From the NCBI GenBank assembly GCA_947503005.1, contig CANNCA010000004.1:144324-208323 (forward strand): a stretch of 64,000 nucleotides of DNA. The letters run 5' to 3'. A model generated the notes under the pieces. That model searched no databases, was not told where the DNA came from, and saw nothing but the letters and a program-made list of their open reading frames with translations. The position numbers and the translations under genes were made by a program. Source of the DNA: an uncultured Flavobacteriaceae bacterium. GTDB taxonomy: Bacteria; Bacteroidota; Bacteroidia; Flavobacteriales; Flavobacteriaceae. Positions 35,302-43,911 of the stretch are shown here, piece by piece (position 1 is the first letter of the stretch; each line of letters begins with the position of its first letter).

Positions 35302-36492
35302 ATGTTTATGAAAAACAGCCATTTGTTGAAATTGCTGCTACTGCTCGTACTCCTAATTTGGGGTAGTTGTGGCGATAGCGTGTCTCAAAAAGTGGCTTTG
35401 AACGATTTGCCTCGGGTTTCCACGGCAATTACGGCACTTCCTAAAACCGTAAAAGCTCCACAGAACAATCTTCCATCCAAAGAAAAAGAACTTTTGGGCA
35501 AATTCCTCTTTTTCGACCCTATTTTATCAGGTGGTAAGGATGTGGCCTGTGCAACCTGTCATCATCCTCAGAATGGGTATTCCGAATTTCGCGACCTTTC
35601 TATAGGTCCGAATGCGAAAGGATTGGGTAGCAAACGTACATTCAACCGAGGAAATGATATTCCTTTTGTCAAACGCAATTCACAAACCATCGTCAATTCT
35701 GCCTTCAATGGTATCGATACTTATAATAGGTATGACCCGGAAAATGCTCCCATGTTTTGGGATGACCGTTCAAAAAGTTTGGAAAAACAGGCATTGGAAC
35801 CTATCAAAGCTTTTGAAGAGATGCGCGGACATGGTTTTGCGGAGAGCGAGATTCTTGAAGTTGTCGTGCAAAGATTAAAGAACATTCCCGAATACAAAGT
35901 GCTTTTCGAACGGGCTTTTCAGGAAGAAGATGCCATTACCATCGAAAATTTAGGTAAGGCCATTGCCACTTTTGAGCGGACGTTGGTGACAAACAATTCT
36001 CGATTCGATAGGTATATGCGTGGGGAAAACGATGCAATTTTATTATCTGAAAAAGAGGGTTTTGAATTGTTTAAGTCGGTCGGCTGTGTCAATTGTCACA
36101 ATGGCCCCATGTTTTCCGATTACAAACCCCACGTCTTGGGTGTGCCTCAAAATAAGAAGCTGTTGGTTCCCGATGCAGGTATACAAGATAGTTTTCTATT
36201 CCGTACTCCGACCTTGCGTAATCTGCGTTTTACGGCTCCTTATATGCATAATGGAAGCCTGCCAACCTTGAGACAAGTATTGGAATTTTACGAAGATATT
36301 TCAAACGGAAAGGAGCGAAACCCTTTGATCGCTAAAGAAAATTATGATCCCTTCGTAAGGGAGTTGAATTTGAGCGTAAAAGAGATGTCCCTTATCATAT
36401 CTTTTCTCAATACCTTGAATGACGATGGGTTTTCTAAAGATATTCCGGATGCCGTGCCAAGTGGGCTGCCAGTAGGTGGGAATATTCAATAA
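35302..36492 (+). CDS. Di-haem cytochrome c peroxidase (CCP/MauG family)
   Basis: 396 aa with lipobox (LIWGSCGDS). It has two haem c motifs (CATCHHP and CVNCHNGP) and a PTLRNL-type conserved block. Confidence 0.85.
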   Translation: MFMKNSHLLKLLLLLVLLIWGSCGDSVSQKVALNDLPRVSTAITALPKTVKAPQNNLPSKEKELLGKFLFFDPILSGGKDVACATCHHPQNGYSEFRDLSIGPNAKGLGSKRTFNRGNDIPFVKRNSQTIVNSAFNGIDTYNRYDPENAPMFWDDRSKSLEKQALEPIKAFEEMRGHGFAESEILEVVVQRLKNIPEYKVLFERAFQEEDAITIENLGKAIATFERTLVTNNSRFDRYMRGENDAILLSEKEGFELFKSVGCVNCHNGPMFSDYKPHVLGVPQNKKLLVPDAGIQDSFLFRTPTLRNLRFTAPYMHNGSLPTLRQVLEFYEDISNGKERNPLIAKENYDPFVRELNLSVKEMSLIISFLNTLNDDGFSKDIPDAVPSGLPVGGNIQ

Positions 36493-36561
36493 GTTCGATA
36501 GGCGAAGTTCGAAAGCTAACTATGCTACATTCATTTCCACTTTTAAGCGTAAATTTGGAGG

Positions 36562-38289
36562 ATGCAAAAATTTCTTCCATTTCTGCAATGGTTGCCCAAC
36601 TATAAAAAAACTGATTTTTCAAAAGATTTGATATCAGGTCTGACGGTTGGGGTCATATTGATTCCGCAGGCTATGGCCTATGCGATGATTGCTGGCTTAC
36701 CACCCGTGTACGGTTTGTACGCTGCTATTTTTCCACTTTTGGTGTATCTATTTTTAGGTACTTCTAAAAATTTGGCCATTGGCCCAGTTGCCATGGATTC
36801 TCTTTTGGTAGCAGCAGGATTAGGTACTTTAGCGATTTCCGGAATTGAAAATTACATTGCGCTGGCAATATTTTTGGCCTTCCTTGTGGGGGTCATCCAA
36901 TTGACGTTGGGCGTTTTTCGAATGGGCTTCCTAGTTAATTTTTTGTCTAAACCTGTGATTAGCGGTTTCACCTCAGCGGCAGCGCTGATTATAATTTTTA
37001 GTCAATTAAAGCATTTGTTGGGCGCTAACATTGCACGAAGTAATCGATTTCATGATTTGTTATTAAATGTATGGAAGAAAATCTCCGATACGAATATGTA
37101 CGATTTCGCTATTGGAATTGCTGGTATTCTGATCATAGTGCTTTTGAAACGATGGAACAAAAAGATACCATCCATATTATTGGTCGTGGTGTTGGGTATT
37201 ATTGCCGTTCATTTTTTGAAATTAGAACGGTTTGGAGTTAAAATAGTGGGAGATATACCCATGGGATTACCTTCCTTTCAACAACCTTTAGTTAGTTGGG
37301 ATTCTATATTGAGTATTTGGCCCATAGCCCTTACCTTGGCCTTGGTCGGCTATCTCGAAGCCATTTCTATTGGGAAGGCACTACAAGAAAAGGAAGGGAA
37401 AGATTCCATTGATGCCAATCAAGAATTGATAGCCTTGGGTAGCTCTAATATTGTCGGATCTTTCTTTCAGGCTTATCCAGTGACCGCTAGTTTTTCGCGT
37501 TCCGCCATTAAAGGGGAAACGGGGGTAAAAACCAATTTGGCAGCTTTGTTTTCAGTAATGCTAGTGGTATTGACCTTACTTTTTTTAACACCCTTATTTT
37601 ACAACTTGCCGAATGCCATTTTAGCCAGCATCATAATGGTATCGGTATTCGGATTGATAGATTTTAGGTATCCTAGAAAACTATGGCAAAATAACAAAGA
37701 TGAATTCTTTGTACTGCTGATCACCTTTTTAATCACCTTATTTATCGGTATACCCCAAGGGGTTTTGGTAGGTGTGCTGCTCTCATTATTGATTATGGTT
37801 TATCGAACTAGTAATCCGCATTTTGTGGTTTTAGGAAATATTAAGGATTCCGATTATTATAAAAACATAAATCGGTTTGGTGATGAAATAGTAGAACGCG
37901 ATGATTTGTTGATAGTTCGCTTTGACTCGCAACTTTATTTTGGAAATGCAGGATACTTCAAGAAACAATTGTTTAAAGAGATTCAAAAGAAAGGAAATAC
38001 GCTAAAAGGTATTATTTTGAACGCAGAGGCAATCAATTATATTGATTCCAGCGCAGCAGCCATATTGACGAAAGTTATACAAGAAATACATGAAAAAAAT
38101 ATCCAATTTTATATCGCAGGTGCGATTGGTCCCACACGAGATATTATTTTTAGTAGCGGAATAATCAATGAATTACATAAGGAATGCCTTTTTGTGAAGA
38201 CTAAGGAAGCGGTGGCTTATTTTGATAACCCTGAATCGGTTTTATGTACCAATGCCAAGATTGCCCATCAGAATAAAAAGGGATTGTAA
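36562..38289 (+). CDS. SulP-family anion (sulfate) permease with a C-terminal STAS domain
   Basis: 575 aa. It has a SulP N-terminal motif (DLISGLTVGVILIPQAMAYAMIAGLPPVYGLY) and a multi-TM core. The STAS-like tail reads (LLIVRFDSQLYFGNA ... INYIDSSA). Confidence 0.88.
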   Translation: MQKFLPFLQWLPNYKKTDFSKDLISGLTVGVILIPQAMAYAMIAGLPPVYGLYAAIFPLLVYLFLGTSKNLAIGPVAMDSLLVAAGLGTLAISGIENYIALAIFLAFLVGVIQLTLGVFRMGFLVNFLSKPVISGFTSAAALIIIFSQLKHLLGANIARSNRFHDLLLNVWKKISDTNMYDFAIGIAGILIIVLLKRWNKKIPSILLVVVLGIIAVHFLKLERFGVKIVGDIPMGLPSFQQPLVSWDSILSIWPIALTLALVGYLEAISIGKALQEKEGKDSIDANQELIALGSSNIVGSFFQAYPVTASFSRSAIKGETGVKTNLAALFSVMLVVLTLLFLTPLFYNLPNAILASIIMVSVFGLIDFRYPRKLWQNNKDEFFVLLITFLITLFIGIPQGVLVGVLLSLLIMVYRTSNPHFVVLGNIKDSDYYKNINRFGDEIVERDDLLIVRFDSQLYFGNAGYFKKQLFKEIQKKGNTLKGIILNAEAINYIDSSAAAILTKVIQEIHEKNIQFYIAGAIGPTRDIIFSSGIINELHKECLFVKTKEAVAYFDNPESVLCTNAKIAHQNKKGL

Positions 38290-38351
38290 CCTAGGTTACC
38301 CTAAGAATGTTTGAATTATTATAATTTTGATTGAATTAAAGAAGATTGTAG

Positions 38352-39761
38352 ATGAATATTGAACAGATTTATACCGGTTGTTTAGCGCAAGGTGCCTACT
38401 ATATTGAAAGTAATGGTGAAGTAGCGATAATAGATCCCCTACGTGAGGTACAACCTTATTTAGATAGGGTCAGTCGTGACAACGCTAAAATAAAGTACAT
38501 TTTTGAAACCCATTTTCATGCGGATTTCGTTAGTGGTCACGTTACCTTGTCCAAAGAATCAGGAGCTCCTATAGTTTATGGTCCTAATGCGAATCCATCC
38601 TTTGATGCCATTATAGCGACCGATGGTCAGGAATTTCAAATTGGAGAATTAACCTTGAAAGCACTGCATACCCCTGGTCACACCATGGAGAGTACCACCT
38701 ATTTGCTAAAGGATGCCAACGGAAAAGATTATGCAATTTTCTCTGGTGATACCTTATTTCTAGGGGATGTCGGCCGACCTGACCTCGCGCAAAAAGCGGT
38801 AGATATGACCATGGAAGATTTAGCAGGTTTATTATTTGATAGTTTGAGGGAAAAGATAATGCCACTGGCAGATGATGTCATTGTTTATCCTGCACACGGT
38901 GCTGGTTCGGCCTGTGGAAAAAATATGATGAAAGAAACCGTGGACACCTTAGGAAATCAGAAGAAGATGAACTACGCGCTACGCGCCGATATGACCAAAG
39001 ATGAGTTTGTAAAGGAAGTGACAGATGGTTTATTGCCTCCCCCCAAATATTTTCCGTTGAATGTTAAAATGAACAAAGAAGGGTACGATGATATTTCAGA
39101 TGTATTAGATCGTGGTACTACAGCTTTAGCACCTAAAGCCTTTGAAACTGTGGCTAACGAAACTGGAGCTTTGGTTCTTGACGTGAGACATCAAAACGAA
39201 TATGTGACCGGGCATATACCAAGATCGATTTTCATTGGCTTGAACGGAGATTTTGCCCCATGGGTAGGAGCTTTAGTGGCTGACACAAAACAGCCTATAT
39301 TGTTGGTGACACCAGAAGGCCAAGAAGAAGAGGCAATAACTCGATTGTCACGAGTCGGATTTGATGGAACTATTGGCTATTTGGAAGGAGGTTTTGATGC
39401 TTGGAAAAAGGCGGGAATGGATTATGACACTATAAATTCCCTGCCTGCCGAAAAGGTATTGAAAGCTATTAATGATAAAAAAGTTCCTGTTTTTGATGTC
39501 CGAAAAGTTGGGGAATACCAATCTGAACATATTGTAGATGCCAATCATACTCCACTCAGTATGTTGAATGATCATTTGGCTGAGTTTCCGAAGGAAGAAA
39601 CTTTTTACGTGCATTGTGCAGGGGGTTATCGTTCTGTCATTGCAGCATCAATATTGAAAAGTAGAGGCTTTCATAATTTGGTCGATTTGGCCGGCGGATA
39701 CACAGCACTAAAAAATGCAGGTGTTGAGGTGACCGATTATGTCTGTCCTTCCACCTTATAG
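38352..39761 (+). CDS. Metallo-beta-lactamase-fold (persulfide dioxygenase-like) protein fused to two rhodanese domains
   Basis: 469 aa. It has the MBL motif (THFHADFVSGH, HTPGHT), then two rhodanese-like modules. The last has an active-site loop (HCAGGYRS). Confidence 0.8.
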   Translation: MNIEQIYTGCLAQGAYYIESNGEVAIIDPLREVQPYLDRVSRDNAKIKYIFETHFHADFVSGHVTLSKESGAPIVYGPNANPSFDAIIATDGQEFQIGELTLKALHTPGHTMESTTYLLKDANGKDYAIFSGDTLFLGDVGRPDLAQKAVDMTMEDLAGLLFDSLREKIMPLADDVIVYPAHGAGSACGKNMMKETVDTLGNQKKMNYALRADMTKDEFVKEVTDGLLPPPKYFPLNVKMNKEGYDDISDVLDRGTTALAPKAFETVANETGALVLDVRHQNEYVTGHIPRSIFIGLNGDFAPWVGALVADTKQPILLVTPEGQEEEAITRLSRVGFDGTIGYLEGGFDAWKKAGMDYDTINSLPAEKVLKAINDKKVPVFDVRKVGEYQSEHIVDANHTPLSMLNDHLAEFPKEETFYVHCAGGYRSVIAASILKSRGFHNLVDLAGGYTALKNAGVEVTDYVCPSTL

Positions 39762-39879
39762 TGTGTATAGGATGAAGATGAACAAAGCTTTGAAGTTCGT
39801 TTTTTTATGTTTGGTTTGCCTTGGTCTTATTTCGATAGTGGCAGTATTAGTTGAATTTTTAACCTATAAATAAGGAATC

Positions 39880-40086
39880 ATGAAAAAAAATATGGGAAGT
39901 ACCGATAAGCTGATACGCATTCTAGTAGCTGTGGCGGCAGCACTTTTAGTTTATTTCGAGGTTGTTTCAGGTACCTTGGCCTACATACTTATTGCAATAG
40001 CAGCTATTTTTGTTTTAACCAGTTTGGTGAGTTTTTGTCCGATTTATAAGTTGTTCGGTATGAATACCTGCAAGGTTAAAAACTAA
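39880..40086 (+). CDS. DUF2892 (YgaP C-terminal-like) small membrane protein
   Basis: 68 aa. It has a DKLIRILVAV... 2-TM hairpin and the conserved FCPIYKLFGMNTC end. Confidence 0.7.
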   Translation: MKKNMGSTDKLIRILVAVAAALLVYFEVVSGTLAYILIAIAAIFVLTSLVSFCPIYKLFGMNTCKVKN

Positions 40087-40382
40087 GGATTGAATAATAA
40101 GGATATCTGATAAATATCATATTTTTCCTTTTGGGCCTTTTATAATTTTACGTTTTTAAATCAAACTTTTTACCATATGAAACAGTTAATGCTTCCCTTA
40201 GTAGATTGGAGTAATGGTATTATCATGATCGGAGTTTTTGCTTTGGTCGTAGTAGTTCTTGTTGCCGTGCTAGTTTCTTTAATGAACAGCGGAAAGAAGG
40301 ATAATGCCTAATGCTAGTTACTAATATGATTTCGTAAGCACTTGAACTTGTTTCTTTATTAGTGTTGCAATCTATACCATAT

Positions 40383-40428
40383 GAGGCCATATTTTCTTTG
40401 AAAAGAATAAAATAGGCCTCTTTTTTTT
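40383..40428 (+). terminator. Rho-independent terminator closing the sulfur cluster
   Basis: gaggcc (40383-40388) pairs with ggcctc (40415-40420), with partial internal pairing. It is followed by T8 (40421-40428). Confidence 0.7.
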
Positions 40429-40518
40429 GCGAACTTTGTAAAATGTTAAGTATTTCTTAAAAAAATATAAAGGGTAGGCGAATTATTACTTATCTTTAAT
40501 AAGAATCACTGTACAAGA

Positions 40519-40701
40519 ATGATTAAAAATTTTATTGAACGCGTGGGAGTAATGAATTGTATCATGCTCTTGGTAGTATTTTCGATAATTGTTTTTTCGG
40601 AATATCTCTTTTTAAGCGGCAAAAAGTTAGACGCCATTTTTGTGGCTTTTTGGGCCCCCACCATACTTGGTTTTATGAATTACCTTAAATACAAGAAGTA
40701 A
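40519..40701 (+). CDS. Small hydrophobic membrane protein (hypothetical)
   Basis: 60 aa with two predicted TM stretches. Its stop overlaps (TAATG) the start of a further 31-aa hydrophobic ORF. Confidence 0.35.
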   Translation: MIKNFIERVGVMNCIMLLVVFSIIVFSEYLFLSGKKLDAIFVAFWAPTILGFMNYLKYKK

Positions 40702-40796
40702 TGGACTTTATCCTTGGCTATTCCATTTTTGTGGGCATCGTTTTTATGATGTGGCTGCTTTTTGTCATCCGTATGTATAAAAAACTGAACGATTGA
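40701..40796 (+). CDS. Very small hydrophobic ORF (MDFILGYSIFVGIVFMMWLLFVIRMYKKLND), possibly translationally coupled
   Basis: This manually found 31-aa ORF has one TM-like stretch followed by a basic tail. Its ATG shares a base with the upstream stop. Confidence 0.25.
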   Translation: MDFILGYSIFVGIVFMMWLLFVIRMYKKLND

Positions 40797-40801
40797 ATCC
40801 A

Positions 40802-42184
40802 TTATAGTAACTGTTCCGTAAACTTCACAATCACTTTTTCAGAATTCTTAATCAAATAAGATTGAACGATTCGTTGTGTCTCCAAGGTATTTTTCTGTCG
40901 AATCAAATAAGCCTCCATATCGTCGAATGTAGCAATGGTGTTTTCTTTTTCAATAAATCCATAACCGACGTATTTTCCATTTTCTATGTACACAAAAGCA
41001 TCTTCTGAAATGTCTCTTCCTTTTTCTTTGAAGGCAAAAGTCTCATCTCTAGTAGTCATCTGTGTAATAGCTTTTTCAACCTTGCCGTTATAATCAATTA
41101 CAGCCTCATCACCACGGCAAATTCCGTCACAAGTTTTAATACTATAATGAGAACAGTGTTCAACTCCTTCCTGCAAGTGACAATACTTTGGGCAAAGTCC
41201 GAAAGTTTTACAAAGTTCTTCTAGATAAATACGACAATCACTAGGTCGATATAACGTCATCAATGGCTGCGGAACCAGTTGCAGTTTGTTGTATGCCAGA
41301 TGAACAATTCCTTTTCTGTCTTGGTATGAGAATATGGCGTATTGCTGTATGTTACGTTTTTGAGCTCGGTTAAACTCGGGGTAGTGAAGCTTAATAGCAT
41401 CGGATTCCATCAAAAGTGCCAATAGGTCACTTCCAGAAAGTTCGAAATCGATATCTGCCGTTTCCTTGCACAGCGCAATTTCTTTGGCGGCTTTGTCATA
41501 AAAATGACTTAAAACCCGTTTCTTTATATTGATTGCCTTTCCAACGTAAATTATTTTTCCCACGGTATTCTTGAAATAATAAACTCCCGGCTTATTGGGT
41601 AATTTATCATATACCTCTTTTTGAAGTGCGGGTGGTAAAGTTGCTTCTTGAGATCGAGCGTTCAAAAACTTTTTGAACACTTCTGCAGATCCTTCAGCTC
41701 TTAAAAGTCTTTGGAAAAGTAAGGTAGTTGCATGTGCATCACCTCTTGCCCGGTGCCTATCCGTTAAGGGAATATCCAAAGCGGAGCATAGTTTTCCCAA
41801 ACTGTAGGAGTAGTACCCAGGTATTAATTGCCGTGAGAGCCTTACCGTACATAACTTTTTTCTAACAAATTCCCGATTGATGTTCTTGAACTCCTCTTTA
41901 ATGACATTGTAATCAAAATTCACACTGTGCGCCACAAAAATGGCATCTTTGGTAAATTCTAGAATCATATCCGCAATTTCATCAATTGTCGGGGCATTGC
42001 GCACCATATGGTTGTCAATACCAGTCAATCCTGTGATAAAATAGGGAATCTCACATTCAGGATTGACCAAGGAAGTATATTCATCGACAATCTCATAACC
42101 ATCGTACTTAAATATGGCTATTTCGGTAATCCGATTCCCTTTTACGCCGTTACCGGTTGTTTCTATGTCGACGATGCAATACAA
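40802..42184 (-). CDS. DnaQ-like 3'-5' exonuclease fused to a GIY-YIG (UvrC/Cho N-terminal-like) nuclease domain
   Basis: 460 aa. It has Exo I (YCIVDIETTG), Exo II (FVAHSVNFDYN) and Exo III (HRARGDAHAT) motifs. The GIY-YIG block follows (PGVYYFKNTVGKIIYVGKAINIKKRV). Confidence 0.8.
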   Translation of the reverse strand: MYCIVDIETTGNGVKGNRITEIAIFKYDGYEIVDEYTSLVNPECEIPYFITGLTGIDNHMVRNAPTIDEIADMILEFTKDAIFVAHSVNFDYNVIKEEFKNINREFVRKKLCTVRLSRQLIPGYYSYSLGKLCSALDIPLTDRHRARGDAHATTLLFQRLLRAEGSAEVFKKFLNARSQEATLPPALQKEVYDKLPNKPGVYYFKNTVGKIIYVGKAINIKKRVLSHFYDKAAKEIALCKETADIDFELSGSDLLALLMESDAIKLHYPEFNRAQKRNIQQYAIFSYQDRKGIVHLAYNKLQLVPQPLMTLYRPSDCRIYLEELCKTFGLCPKYCHLQEGVEHCSHYSIKTCDGICRGDEAVIDYNGKVEKAITQMTTRDETFAFKEKGRDISEDAFVYIENGKYVGYGFIEKENTIATFDDMEAYLIRQKNTLETQRIVQSYLIKNSEKVIVKFTEQLL

Positions 42185-42315
42185 TAATTAATTTTTCAAG
42201 TGACTGTAAAGTTACGTAAAATGGGGTTTTATATTCTGCGTAATAGTTTGTGAGCAATTTTGATATGGATGTAAAAGTTTCTGTATTTTTAATAGATTCA
42301 ACTAACGAGCTATTC

Positions 42316-43911
42316 ATGCGATTTTCATTCAGTTTATTTTTCTGCCTTCTGTTTTTCCTTTTAAGTGCGTGTCTAGAAAAACAGACCACGAATGATAATG
42401 TGAAGAGGCTACCCAATGTGATTTATATTTTGGCCGACGATTTGGGCTATGGGGATATTGGAGCTTTTAATCCTGAGGGGAAAATAAACACTCCACATAT
42501 AGACCAACTGACAAAGGAGGGTATGAAATTTACTGATGCACATAGCCCATCTGCCGTTTGTACACCTACTAGATACGGAATTATGACAGGTAGGTACAGC
42601 TGGCGAAGTCCTCTAAAACAGGGTGTTCTTACTGGAAAGTCAAAGGCGTTGATTCCAGAAACGAGAACTACAATTGCCTCCTTAATGAAAAAAGCTGGTT
42701 ATGAAACTGCATTTATCGGCAAATGGCATTTGGGTTGGGACTGGGCAGAAAAAGACTCCATGGACTGGGGCGGAGAAGGCTGGAACCCCGATGAGTTTGA
42801 AAATTTAGACTTTACAAAGCAAGTCACAAATACACCCAACGATTTGGGCTTTGACTATGCCTATGGACATTCGGGTTCTTTGGATATGGCACCTTATGTC
42901 TATGTGGAAAATGGAAAAGTCACCTCTGAAGTAAATCGTATTACGGAGGACAAAGGAAAATACACTTGGTGGCGGAAAGGACCGACCGCTAGTGATTTTG
43001 AACATGATAAGGTCACCCCTAATTTTTTCAGGAAGTCAATTGACTATGTAAAGGAGAAATCAAAAAGTGAGATGCCTTTTTTTATGTATTTGGCCCTGCC
43101 ATCACCCCATACCCCTATCTTACCTACTGAAGAATGGTTAGGGAAAAGCAATTTAAACCCCTATGCGGATTTTGTAGTGATGATAGATAATTATGTAGGA
43201 ATGCTTCTTAAAGAAGTTGAAAACCAAGGTTTGGCTGAAAACACTATCGTGATTTTTACCAGTGACAATGGGTGCTCGCCAGAGGCTGATTTTGAAATTT
43301 TGGCCGAAAACGGGCATCACCCAAGTGCTCTGTTTCGGGGTCATAAAGCTGACATTTATGAAGGAGGCCACCGAGTGCCCTTTGTGATGAAATGGCCCGG
43401 TGAGATACAGGCCAATTCAGTTTCTAATGAGACTATTTGCCATACAGACCTTCTCGCGACTTTGGCAGATATGGTTGATATAAGCTTAATGGAAAATGAA
43501 GGAGAGGATAGCTTTTCGTTGCTACCGATTGTCTTGAAGTCAAGTGGAACATTTAGCCGTAAGGCTACGGTACACCATTCTATAAACGGAAGTTTTGCAA
43601 TAAGAAAAGGCAATTATAAGTTGATTTTTTGTCCTGATTCCGGGGGATGGAGCTTTCCAAAACCAGGAACAGATGATATGTTAGAACTACCAAAATTCCA
43701 ATTGTACGATATAGTGAAAGATCCTTCTGAAAAAGAGAACCTTTACGAAGAATTGCCGGAAAAAGTAAATGAGCTAGTTGCGTTGATGACTTCCTATATT
43801 GAAAATGGCCGTAGCACACCAGGGGTCGCACAATCCAACACACCTTTTCATTTAAATGGAAAGGCATGGAGCCAAATAAAACCAATTTTATCCCATAAAA
43901 CCGACAAATGA
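42316..43911 (+). CDS. S1-family sulfatase (formylglycine-dependent), lipoprotein
   Basis: The lipobox (FFLLSACLEKQ) follows the ATG at 42316. Motifs: DDLGYGDIG, the sulfatase signature CTPTRYGIMTGR, and GKWHLG. Confidence 0.88.
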   Translation: MRFSFSLFFCLLFFLLSACLEKQTTNDNVKRLPNVIYILADDLGYGDIGAFNPEGKINTPHIDQLTKEGMKFTDAHSPSAVCTPTRYGIMTGRYSWRSPLKQGVLTGKSKALIPETRTTIASLMKKAGYETAFIGKWHLGWDWAEKDSMDWGGEGWNPDEFENLDFTKQVTNTPNDLGFDYAYGHSGSLDMAPYVYVENGKVTSEVNRITEDKGKYTWWRKGPTASDFEHDKVTPNFFRKSIDYVKEKSKSEMPFFMYLALPSPHTPILPTEEWLGKSNLNPYADFVVMIDNYVGMLLKEVENQGLAENTIVIFTSDNGCSPEADFEILAENGHHPSALFRGHKADIYEGGHRVPFVMKWPGEIQANSVSNETICHTDLLATLADMVDISLMENEGEDSFSLLPIVLKSSGTFSRKATVHHSINGSFAIRKGNYKLIFCPDSGGWSFPKPGTDDMLELPKFQLYDIVKDPSEKENLYEELPEKVNELVALMTSYIENGRSTPGVAQSNTPFHLNGKAWSQIKPILSHKTDK

